Positions 1 to 7,881 of a stretch of DNA of 62,727 bases are shown here, in pieces (within the stretch, counting starts at the first letter, position 1; each line of letters starts with the position of its first letter). The translations under genes were made by a program, and so were the position numbers. The notes beneath the pieces are model-generated. The model worked only from the letters and a program-made list of their open reading frames with translations. It was not told the DNA's origin and did no database searches. This DNA is from a virus. Its lineage: Duplodnaviria > Caudoviricetes. The stretch spans positions 1-62,727 of the IMG/VR virus record IMGVR_UViG_3300009703_000018. One strand, written 5' to 3'.

Positions 1-203
1 CAGTCAACGTCAACCACGCCGACCCTGTCCATCGTCTCCTGCGTGAAGTTGCCCCTGTATTCAGGTTTCCAAGGGACATGGACGACGACCCTGTTCATCG
101 CCTCATCGAGGTCTAGCACCTCAATGGAGTCACGCTCAGGGTTAAACCCCTTGGCGTAAGCGGTAGCGTTGGCGGCGGTGTCAAAGAATATTTCAAAATG
201 CAT
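1..203 (-). CDS. Small early-type hypothetical protein, truncated at the window edge (MHFEIFFDTAANATAYAKGFNPERDSIEVLDLDEAMNRVVVHVPWKPEY...)
   Basis: Manual translation; not in the ORF track. Open frame from ATG at 203, GGAGAGAACAAG-ATG leader, promoter at 240-268. Confidence 0.75.
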   Translation of the reverse strand, partial: MHFEIFFDTAANATAYAKGFNPERDSIEVLDLDEAMNRVVVHVPWKPEYRGNFTQETMDRVGVVDVD

Positions 204-239
204 CTTGTTCTCTCCAGATCAATTAAGTGTTATGCCTTA

Positions 240-268
240 AGTATATTATATAGATCGGCAAATGTCAA
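240..268 (-). promoter_or_regulatory. Sigma70-type early promoter TTGACA-N17-TATACT
   Basis: Minus strand TTGACA (263-268), 17-nt spacer, TATACT (240-245), AT-rich upstream tract. Confidence 0.8.
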
Positions 269-471
269 TAGTTATATCAAAGAAATGTATATATTTTATA
301 GAAAAATATTTGTGTAATTATTAGCAAGTTCCACTTGACACGCGCGCTGAGCAGCATAGGTATCATAATACATGCTGCTGGCGTGCATTACCTCATCTAT
401 AATGCTGCCTTGCTGCGCTTGTCTTCACTCGTTTATACCTACTATCCTGTAGCGTGCTGGATAGAGTGATA

Positions 472-693
472 CTAGGCAGGCGGTAATACTTTCGTTTTGT
501 GTGGGTCTAGTCTATCGGATAGCCTAAGTTTTAACATGGCTATCTTATTCCAATTACGTTGCATCTCTTCATGGGCAACGTTACTACCTAAGTCTAGTAG
601 TGTTCGATTAGTATCATACAATCGCTGTATCTCTGATTTAATATTAGCAATGATTGTCATCTGATTCTTAGCTGTAGTAATAGTTCTATTCAT
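472..693 (-). CDS. Small hypothetical protein (helical, 73 aa)
   Basis: ORF with GAGAGAAAACAAG-ATG leader matching its neighbours. Confidence 0.75.
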   Translation of the reverse strand: MNRTITTAKNQMTIIANIKSEIQRLYDTNRTLLDLGSNVAHEEMQRNWNKIAMLKLRLSDRLDPHKTKVLPPA

Positions 694-750
694 CTTGTTT
701 TCTCTCGTTAAAGGGTGCAGTGTTATATCGTGCTGGATGGGGTGTTACCA

Positions 751-954
751 TTACATCCCATGCAATCCATACATGTCATGTCGAGCATCCCATGCATCGC
801 ATGAGCGATTCCATTCTTCGACTGTACAGCCGAATATTTCATGAATCGGACGGGAAGCCTCTGCCTCCTGTACTTGATGGGACGCTTCCATTAGCTCTCC
901 CATCTTATAGGCTTCGGTTTCTTCAACGCTGATATTTTCATTAAACTTAGTCAT
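751..954 (-). CDS. Small acidic hypothetical protein (67 aa)
   Basis: GGAGAAAACAAG-ATG leader directly downstream of the promoter at 993-1021. Confidence 0.8.
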   Translation of the reverse strand: MTKFNENISVEETEAYKMGELMEASHQVQEAEASRPIHEIFGCTVEEWNRSCDAWDARHDMYGLHGM

Positions 955-992
955 CTTGTTTTCTCCAAAAGAAACTTAATTGTTATACTAAT

Positions 993-1021
993 AGTATATA
1001 CTAAACAATACTATTTGTCAA
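993..1021 (-). promoter_or_regulatory. Sigma70-type early promoter TTGACA-N17-TATACT
   Basis: TTGACA (1016-1021), 17-nt spacer, TATACT (993-998). Confidence 0.8.
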
Positions 1022-1028
1022 TAGGTAT

Positions 1029-1127
1029 TTACTCATTTATTACAAAGAAGTAAATATTTAATCCTACTAACGCCAACGCTTGAACAACGCTAATCGAAAC
1101 AACTAAAGTAGTAAGCATCATCAACAT
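1029..1127 (-). CDS. Small single-TM peptide (MLMMLTTLVVSISVVQALALVGLNIYFFVINE; start may be 1121 or 1118)
   Basis: Manual translation. AAGGA upstream of the alternative starts; lies just downstream of the promoter at 1164-1191; almost entirely hydrophobic. Confidence 0.55.
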   Translation of the reverse strand: MLMMLTTLVVSISVVQALALVGLNIYFFVINE

Positions 1128-1163
1128 CCTTTATCAAATAGTAATTAAACTCTCAATATCCTT

Positions 1164-1191
1164 ACTATAACATATATCGACATAATGTCAA
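1164..1191 (-). promoter_or_regulatory. Sigma70-type early promoter TTGACA-N16-TATAGT with extended -10 TG
   Basis: TTGACA (1186-1191), TGn-TATAGT (1164-1169). Shares the AACTATTGACATT context with the 240-268 promoter. Confidence 0.7.
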
Positions 1192-1421
1192 TAGTTATTT
1201 AGTTATTATATTAAAATATATCTATTTATTATGATGTACTATAATCCTTTATTAGATTAGTAGTTCGATGTTAAGAAACATGACGGACGGATTAGTTCTA
1301 CTGATACATAGTATCAATAGGGTAGTGGGGGTTTTCTGTTCGTCTTATTGATACTTAATCTCAACCAAAAATCGCGGGGTGGTCTAGACAAAATTAGCGG
1401 GACATTCACCCGTTGTACTAC

Positions 1422-1613
1422 CTAAACTACCTTCTTGGCTAAGATCTTTGCGACAACTTCGATTAGGTACGGCGCAAGGTACATGAGTGCGACCATAAAC
1501 ATCACAAAAGCGAAGTCGCACCAATCGGTTGTTGGTGGACGATAGCGTTCGCCCCAACTGTCTGAGTCTTCTTGGTGCGATTCTTCTTTAGGTGGTTCGT
1601 ATGGATTTCTCAT
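1422..1613 (-). CDS. Small membrane protein with N-terminal NPYxPP motif
   Basis: C-terminal hydrophobic helix FAFVMFMVALMYLAPYLI; ATGA overlap with the upstream gene. Confidence 0.7.
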   Translation of the reverse strand: MRNPYEPPKEESHQEDSDSWGERYRPPTTDWCDFAFVMFMVALMYLAPYLIEVVAKILAKKVV

Positions 1614-1978
1614 CTTTCCACCATCACTGTGTTTGAAGCTCCGACTACAGTGATTCTATTTTGCTTCATGGTCGCGCACAGAACGGTCGCTAGATTCATT
1701 ATGAAGCTATTAAGCTGCTTAGGGGTTCTGTTGATTCTGGGATAGTTTATAGTTGAAATCCTCCATCCCTTCTCACGGTACTCAGAACCGCATACAAACT
1801 CTATACTTGTTATGCAGACAGGGACTATATAAAGCTGATCGTCTTGAAATAGTTGTACTTCTCGTACTAGATCCTCATACGAGATTGGATCTTTCGTTTC
1901 TTCGTTAATAGAACCTAGATAAAGCTCTATATTATGCGTTTCCCTGACTTTCACTCGTGATCTCCCGCTTGTTGCCAT
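1610..1978 (-). CDS. Hypothetical protein (likely GTG start at 1954)
   Basis: ORF; GGGAG RBS upstream of the in-frame GTG at 1954. Confidence 0.7.
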   Translation of the reverse strand: MATSGRSRVKVRETHNIELYLGSINEETKDPISYEDLVREVQLFQDDQLYIVPVCITSIEFVCGSEYREKGWRISTINYPRINRTPKQLNSFIMNLATVLCATMKQNRITVVGASNTVMVER

Positions 1979-2408
1979 TCTTCTTCATAGCAGTTTCGGG
2001 GTCAATGCCCTTATTAAGCCTGTTATAAAAAGCGGCGTAGGATACTTCACATCGAGAGTCTTCTACCCACTGCCCAATATTCTTTTCCTCTCCGAACGCG
2101 CTGATCTTCACATTCGACTTCATATTGTTGGCGTTTTCTTTTGGAGTAAGCTCACGTAGGTTATTGCGGGTGTTATTAAGCCGGTCTTTATCAATATGGT
2201 CAACAAAGACATAGGGGTTAGAGGTTCCCAATACCATCCTGTGCATTGCTTTATGTCGGCCTTTAATCTTGGTTACGGCATAACCGGCTTTATTTAGGTG
2301 CCAGCTATACTGACTAATGAGAGGATAGTCCTCAAGGCTAACCTTTGCGAACTTACCAGCCCCCAAAACTCCACCAAGATATACTTCTGTATATTTTTCA
2401 TTCGACAT
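1932..2408 (-). CDS. HNH homing endonuclease (HNH_3-type) with C-terminal DNA-binding helix domain
   Basis: MHRMVLG...VDHIDKDRLNNTRNNLR...EN motif; C-terminal AFGEEKNIGQW...FYNRLNKG. Confidence 0.85.
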   Translation of the reverse strand: MSNEKYTEVYLGGVLGAGKFAKVSLEDYPLISQYSWHLNKAGYAVTKIKGRHKAMHRMVLGTSNPYVFVDHIDKDRLNNTRNNLRELTPKENANNMKSNVKISAFGEEKNIGQWVEDSRCEVSYAAFYNRLNKGIDPETAMKKNGNKREITSESQGNA

Positions 2409-2619
2409 CTTTTCTATTCCTATCTATATGGCACTTACCACGGCCTTGTACTTTGTGAATTCCCATCCTATATCTAGCTTTACGGACTTGGTCTATAGTT
2501 ACGATCTCTTTATTACCAAGATCATATCTGATTCGAGTCAATTCATGGGCTACATCAGCATCTTTCATGATGTTTGCCATTCCTTTAATAAACTCTTTTT
2601 CGTTGTTGTTTAGCTTCAT
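2398..2619 (-). CDS. Small basic HTH-like protein
   Basis: EKEFIK...MKDADVAHEL...VRKARYRMG pattern; GAGG RBS. Confidence 0.6.
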   Translation of the reverse strand: MKLNNNEKEFIKGMANIMKDADVAHELTRIRYDLGNKEIVTIDQVRKARYRMGIHKVQGRGKCHIDRNRKDVE

Positions 2620-2686
2620 ATTCGTTTTCCTCGTATAATCATAATACCGGCGACTTTTATTTTAAGCTCATAGAAAGGGGTAATAC

Positions 2687-2923
2687 GTGACCAATATTTA
2701 CGATGTACTCAGTCAACTGCACACAAAGGCTACAGCAGCCACAGAAGAAGCTGTAGCAGAGGAACTGAAAAGGGAAGACCCACCAGCAGAAGAAGCTGCT
2801 GCTGTACTCCAAGGGGGAATACCTCTTGATGTTAAAGTGAAATACGAAGCAAACCTATCAGAAGAAGTCGATGAAAGTACCCAAGGGGATGACTCAAAGC
2901 GAAGTTCTCGACGTAATAAATAA
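2687..2923 (+). CDS. Acidic hypothetical protein
   Basis: First gene of the rightward operon; AAGGGG RBS with GTG start. Confidence 0.55.
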   Translation: MTNIYDVLSQLHTKATAATEEAVAEELKREDPPAEEAAAVLQGGIPLDVKVKYEANLSEEVDESTQGDDSKRSSRRNK

Positions 2924-3416
2924 AATATGTGACAGATACGCTTACAAATTCAAATTTGGTTACTTTGAACCGGACGACATTCGCCAAGAAGCTTTCATAA
3001 TTGCTATTGATGCACTTGAAAGATATGACGAAAGCCGTCCTTTAGAAAATTTTCTCGCTGTTCATGTTAAAAATCGCTTAAACAACTTTAAGCGCGACAA
3101 ATATTATCGTCAGAACAAGAAAAATAACGATGATAAACAACAGCAATTGAACAATAGCAAAAAATTCTTGATGGAACCCCTCGATATTACTAATATTCGG
3201 GACGAACAAGAAAAGAACATGCGAGTCTCAGACGACTTTATTGAGAGTATCGCTAACCAAGAGCTGTTGGACATCATAGATGAACACCTAGATGTAAGCC
3301 TTCGGTCAGATTACCTACGTGTTAGGGATGGAACATACGTCCCTAAGCCAAGAAGAGAGCAAATCATAGAAGAAATCGTAGAAATACTAAGAGAGCATGG
3401 CTATGAAGAAGGGTAG
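2871..3416 (+). CDS. Sigma-70 region 2-like (ECF-type) phage sigma factor
   Basis: EPDDIRQEAFIIAIDALERYDESRPLENFLAVHVKNRLNNFKR resembles the sigma region 2 pattern (DL.QE......A..RYD......F.....N......R). Confidence 0.65.
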   Translation: MKVPKGMTQSEVLDVINKICDRYAYKFKFGYFEPDDIRQEAFIIAIDALERYDESRPLENFLAVHVKNRLNNFKRDKYYRQNKKNNDDKQQQLNNSKKFLMEPLDITNIRDEQEKNMRVSDDFIESIANQELLDIIDEHLDVSLRSDYLRVRDGTYVPKPRREQIIEEIVEILREHGYEEG

Positions 3417-4197
3417 ATTTTCTAAGACAGAACAAGAGTTCATCAAAGAAAACCACAAAAAGATGTCAAATCTGGAAATTGGCACTCATCTAGACCGAGA
3501 TCCTGTTTCCATAGAGTCTTACGTGAAGGAGAAAATCGGGACAGCCATACTGGACGACCGTGAAATCGAAGCTTTGCACGATTTACAAAACCGTCCTTTC
3601 TGGAAAGACCTTAGAAAACAGTTTTCAGAAGAAGAATTACAGTCTTTGCTCTACCACTGGGGCCGAATCATCACTCAATTTCGTGATGACGTACTTCCAA
3701 CGGAAGAATTACAGATAATTGATGCCATCAAACTCGAAATTTTAATGAACCGTGCCTTAATCGGCCAACAAACCAACATGAAAAGCATAGATCAGTACGA
3801 ACAACACGTCACTGATGAAAAAGGTAAGCCCCTAGAGATACAAGACAAAGACTATATCTTTAATCTAGAACGACAAATCGCCGTCTGTAGAGCCGCCCAA
3901 GACTCCTTGACTAGAGAATACAAGGACTTGCAAACTAAAAAAGCCGCCATGCTAAAAGATCTGAAGGCTACTCGTGAACAACGCATCAAAAGACTGGAAG
4001 ATTCCAAACAAACCTTCATTGGCTGGGTAAGAAACCTCATGACCAACCCTGATGCTCGCCGGGAGATGGGAACAAACATGGAAAAAATGCGTCTAGCAAC
4101 CAACAAAGAGGCTGAAAGGCTATCCGAGTACCATAAATATGAAGATGGATTATTAGACCAACCATTTTTAACGCCAGACAGCGTTAAGGATGACTAA
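3397..4197 (+). CDS. HTH plus coiled-coil protein, possible terminase small subunit
   Basis: N-terminal HTH/Myb-like segment (GRFSKTEQEFIK...EIGTHLDR), long coiled coil, located in the packaging operon. TerS function is inference. Confidence 0.4.
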   Translation: MAMKKGRFSKTEQEFIKENHKKMSNLEIGTHLDRDPVSIESYVKEKIGTAILDDREIEALHDLQNRPFWKDLRKQFSEEELQSLLYHWGRIITQFRDDVLPTEELQIIDAIKLEILMNRALIGQQTNMKSIDQYEQHVTDEKGKPLEIQDKDYIFNLERQIAVCRAAQDSLTREYKDLQTKKAAMLKDLKATREQRIKRLEDSKQTFIGWVRNLMTNPDARREMGTNMEKMRLATNKEAERLSEYHKYEDGLLDQPFLTPDSVKDD

Positions 4198-5003
4198 TGA
4201 ATGATGAACTAAAAAATTTAATCAACGCTATAAACAGCTCTAGTTATAACGACAAGCCATACGAACACTTCTACATGACAAATGTATTTTCAGATGCATT
4301 TTACAATAAGGTTATTCAGTCATTACCAGATGATAGTGAGTACACACCTTTGCCTCATATACAAGCAATGATGTATAACCCTAAAAATAAGGATTCTTTG
4401 TTTTCTGGTAGAAGCAGATTAAAAAACAAACCTGTCGTTAGCACACGAGGAGACTGTTTAGTAGACAGTAAATTTGTTGATAATCACAAGGGGCCGTGGA
4501 AGAAGCTTGCAAATATACTATACTCATCACAACTTAAGGAAGTCTTGTTTCAAAAATTTGAGAAAACTTTACAACAAAGAATGAGAGATGTTTCTTATTT
4601 CATTCCAAAAATGCTAGAAGCAAAACCTACCGTACTTTTAACACGAGACAAAAAAGGATATAGAATACATCCTCATCCAGATTCTATAAAAAGAGTAATA
4701 ACTTTTCAAATATATCTACCAGAAGATAATTCTCATTCGCATCTTGGAACTGTATTAAACAAACCAAAAGGAAAGCTAAAACCATCAATCAAAAAGCCTG
4801 ACTACTTAATCGAAGGCTATGAACATAAGAAGCAGTTTAAAGAATATAAACAATTAGACTATAATAGGAATTCTGGTTATGCTTTTCCGGTCTCTTCCAA
4901 TAGCTGGCATAGTGTAAATGAGATACAGGAAAATTATAATAGAAACTCAATTATGGTTATGTATATTGCACCAACACAAAAGATTAGCCGGGACGACCAA
5001 TGA
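4197..5003 (+). CDS. 2OG-Fe(II) oxygenase superfamily protein
   Basis: HxD motif (IHPHPDS), distal His (SWHSV) and 2OG-binding Arg (NRNSIMV). Confidence 0.85.
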   Translation: MNDELKNLINAINSSSYNDKPYEHFYMTNVFSDAFYNKVIQSLPDDSEYTPLPHIQAMMYNPKNKDSLFSGRSRLKNKPVVSTRGDCLVDSKFVDNHKGPWKKLANILYSSQLKEVLFQKFEKTLQQRMRDVSYFIPKMLEAKPTVLLTRDKKGYRIHPHPDSIKRVITFQIYLPEDNSHSHLGTVLNKPKGKLKPSIKKPDYLIEGYEHKKQFKEYKQLDYNRNSGYAFPVSSNSWHSVNEIQENYNRNSIMVMYIAPTQKISRDDQ

Positions 5004-5740
5004 AAGCCGATTTTATTATCAGTATGCACCGCACTGGTCATCATGCGGTTGCGATTTGGCTATTACACCAAAAACAAGGCATAACAGATTTCTCTATCAC
5101 AACCGTATCTAGCTGGCTGTTTGCTGTTGGTGATAACAGAGAGTTGTTCATGTACGCCAACAATCCTTTTAAGACTGGCCCCAATGAACATCCTGACAAA
5201 CCAAAACTCCCACGAATTATCGACGATGTAAAACCAGAAAGTTTAATCGTATCTCACGAACAAGACACTATCAAAGGCTCTATCGAAAAAGCCGGTCAAT
5301 CTCCTTACTTATTTAATAAACCCATAGTAGTGATTCGTGACTTTAGAAACTGGGTAGCAAGCTGTCTCAAGATGGCTTTACGCGATAACAAAATTATAGA
5401 AGACATTATCAACAACGATAAAGTGGCAGAATATAAAAACCACCTGATTAACTATTCTAAGTTTGACTGTTATTACATTTTGTTTAATGACTGGGCTACT
5501 AACAAAGCTTATGGAGAGGCTATTTGTAATGATCTAGATTACGTATTCACTGATGCCGCCAAAAACCAACTATCTATATTTGGAGGTGGAAGTTCTTTTG
5601 ATGGAATGCAACATCTCAAGACCGCATCACAGATGGACGTAAACAATCGCTATAAAGAGTTAGAGACACACCCATACTTTGAAATGATGATGAGTAAACA
5701 CGATGAAGTTCTCAAACTAAGCGATACTATATTCAAATGA
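5000..5740 (+). CDS. Sulfotransferase-like P-loop protein
   Basis: 5'-PSB-like SMHRTGHHAV and 3'-PB-like IRDFRNWVAS. Confidence 0.65.
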   Translation: MKADFIISMHRTGHHAVAIWLLHQKQGITDFSITTVSSWLFAVGDNRELFMYANNPFKTGPNEHPDKPKLPRIIDDVKPESLIVSHEQDTIKGSIEKAGQSPYLFNKPIVVIRDFRNWVASCLKMALRDNKIIEDIINNDKVAEYKNHLINYSKFDCYYILFNDWATNKAYGEAICNDLDYVFTDAAKNQLSIFGGGSSFDGMQHLKTASQMDVNNRYKELETHPYFEMMMSKHDEVLKLSDTIFK

Positions 5741-6762
5741 AAAAAGCAATCATATACGGTGTAACAGGACAAGACGGCTCATACCTATCTGAATTACTAT
5801 TATCTAAACAATACACAGTGTATGGAGTAGCCCGTCGATCTTCCCTCCCAAACACCACCAGAGTAAACCATTTACTAACACAAAAACAGTTTCATGTGGT
5901 TCAGGGTGATGTTACAGATCCTTCTAGTATCTACCGACTCCTGAATGAAGTTCAACCAGACGAAGTATATAATCTTGCGGCACAATCTCATGTTGGTACA
6001 TCCTTTGGACAACCACAATTAACATGGTCAGTCACAGGTCAAGGATGCCTCAATATACTCGAAGTGATACGGCAGATGGCGAACCGTCCACGGTTCTATC
6101 AGGCGAGTAGCAGCGAGATGTTTGGGGATCAGTATAATCTCGATAATAATCGTGAGAAATATCAGGATGAGAAGACTCTGTTTAAACCTCAGTCTCCGTA
6201 TGCAATAGCAAAGCTGGCCGCTCATCACTCTGTAAGGCTCTACAGGGACTCCTACGACATCTTCGCCTGCGGAGGTATTCTGTTCAACCATGAGAGCGAA
6301 AGGCGTGGAGAACGCTTCGTGACGCGAAAGATAAGCCGCTATGTTGCAGACCTCTACTGGGCGACCCAGACGGGTCGTAGTATTCCCAAACTTAAACTTG
6401 GGAATCTAGCCGCTAAGCGTGATTGGGGACATGCAAAAGATTATGTAAAAGCTATGTGGCTAATGCTACAGTACGAAGAACCTATGGACTTTGTAATAGC
6501 CACTGGTAAGACATATTCTGTAGAAGATTGTGTAAAACAAGCTTTTCAGTGTATAAATATTAATGAGTACACTAATTATGTAGAAATAGATCCAGCTCTC
6601 AAAAGACCATCCGAGGTTCCATATTTGAGAGGTTTAGCGAATAAAGCTAAAAGAAGACTTGACTGGGAGCCAGAAATAGACTTTGAAGGCTTAGTCAACA
6701 GAATGGTGCAGCATGATATACAAGGTAGTAATAGATGCAAAGAAGGCTTTAAATGCACTTAA
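5737..6762 (+). CDS. gmd: GDP-mannose 4,6-dehydratase
   Basis: GVTGQDGSYL, NLAAQSHV, QASSSEMFG, SPYAIAK, GILFNHES, RDWGHAKDYV. Confidence 0.96.
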   Translation: MKKAIIYGVTGQDGSYLSELLLSKQYTVYGVARRSSLPNTTRVNHLLTQKQFHVVQGDVTDPSSIYRLLNEVQPDEVYNLAAQSHVGTSFGQPQLTWSVTGQGCLNILEVIRQMANRPRFYQASSSEMFGDQYNLDNNREKYQDEKTLFKPQSPYAIAKLAAHHSVRLYRDSYDIFACGGILFNHESERRGERFVTRKISRYVADLYWATQTGRSIPKLKLGNLAAKRDWGHAKDYVKAMWLMLQYEEPMDFVIATGKTYSVEDCVKQAFQCININEYTNYVEIDPALKRPSEVPYLRGLANKAKRRLDWEPEIDFEGLVNRMVQHDIQGSNRCKEGFKCT

Positions 6763-6970
6763 TAAATTAGGTATAACAGCCGCTAAGAAAGAATACTTCT
6801 TTTGGCAAGACGCAGACAATCCAGATGCGGCATGTTATGAAGCTGTTGAACAGTTGAAGGATCTTATAATTAGAATCAATCTTACCGAAGAGGTGGTAGA
6901 TTATTTAGAGGAAGAATTGATACACGAAATTAAAATAGTAAAATTGGTTAAGATAAGACCCTATGCGTAG
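6713..6970 (+). CDS. Hypothetical protein
   Basis: 85-aa ORF in the operon direction, overlapping the gmd 3' end. Confidence 0.6.
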   Translation: MIYKVVIDAKKALNALNKLGITAAKKEYFFWQDADNPDAACYEAVEQLKDLIIRINLTEEVVDYLEEELIHEIKIVKLVKIRPYA

Positions 6971-6979
6971 ACATTAGGT

Positions 6980-7387
6980 TTGGGGAGGACTATTAGAACT
7001 CCAAAGAAAGTTTTTATTATGTTTAAAAAAAATATTTTTATTAAGTTCCTCTTGTTATTAAATTTAGCCGCTTCAATAACGCTTGGTGTTATGTTTCACC
7101 AAGACAAAGAAGAAACAAAAGTTTTAATGTTAAAAATGGCTTCTTCACAAAAGCCTAATGATTTGTTGTATGAAAACATCGAGATACTAAAAAGAGGAAA
7201 CGAGCAAGCTTTTCGTATGTTGATGGATAATCAACAATTCTTAAACCTAGCCTTGCTAAAGATTCATCATTTTGTGGAACCGCATGGCGATAAATTTTAT
7301 CGCAACTGCCCAGACTGTCAGGAAGAAAAAGGAGAAATAGAGGGAGATAGAGAATCCATAACCCTTGTTATAGCGGGAGAAGAATAA
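6980..7387 (+). CDS. Membrane-anchored protein with C-terminal His/CxxC motif (start possibly ATG 7019)
   Basis: N-terminal TM segment FLLLLNLAASITLGVMF, coiled coil, HHFVEPH...CPDC. Confidence 0.6.
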   Translation: MGRTIRTPKKVFIMFKKNIFIKFLLLLNLAASITLGVMFHQDKEETKVLMLKMASSQKPNDLLYENIEILKRGNEQAFRMLMDNQQFLNLALLKIHHFVEPHGDKFYRNCPDCQEEKGEIEGDRESITLVIAGEE

Positions 7388-7590
7388 TGGATCTTGCTGC
7401 TGTAACAAAAGGTTTGATAATACTCGTCTTCTGCTCTATTCTCATATGGGATTTAGCAGTGATGTCAATTTATAATAATGTAGAAGCTACAATAAGTGTT
7501 GTTTTATATGACTTGGCTAAGCAACATCCCATGATACCGTTTATAATAGGTGTTTTATGTGGGCATGTGTTTTGGCCGCTAAAAGGTTAA
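7387..7590 (+). CDS. Small two-TM membrane protein (holin-like)
   Basis: Two hydrophobic helices in 67 aa; TAATG coupling to the upstream gene. Confidence 0.55.
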   Translation: MDLAAVTKGLIILVFCSILIWDLAVMSIYNNVEATISVVLYDLAKQHPMIPFIIGVLCGHVFWPLKG

Positions 7591-7593
7591 TTA

Positions 7594-7881
7594 ATGGCAC
7601 GAGACTATAATGACCCCGTTTATGCAGAATGGCGTAAAAGGGTTTATAAAAGAGATGGGTATAAATGTCAGATGCCCGGATGCGGATACAAAAAAGCGTT
7701 AAACGCTCATCATATAAAAAGATGGGCAGACGCATCATATCTGAGATATGATACTAACAATGGAATTACATTATGCTGGAAGTGTCACAAAGAAATAACA
7801 GGACATGAGGCTCAATACGAGCCTCTTTTTATGGACATAGTAAGAGAAAATAATGGAAAAAATACCAGCACTGATATTTAG
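7594..7881 (+). CDS. HNH endonuclease, packaging-associated type
   Basis: WRKRVYKRDGYKCQMPGC...AHHI...NGITLCWKCH, upstream of the terminase. Confidence 0.9.
   Translation: MARDYNDPVYAEWRKRVYKRDGYKCQMPGCGYKKALNAHHIKRWADASYLRYDTNNGITLCWKCHKEITGHEAQYEPLFMDIVRENNGKNTSTDI

Noticed and set aside
335-370. Plus-strand promoter from TTGACA at 335
   Set aside because: No -10 element at 16-18 nt spacing and no downstream plus-strand gene.
720-932. Plus-strand 70-aa ORF
   Set aside because: Antisense shadow of 751-954, which has the promoter and conserved leader.
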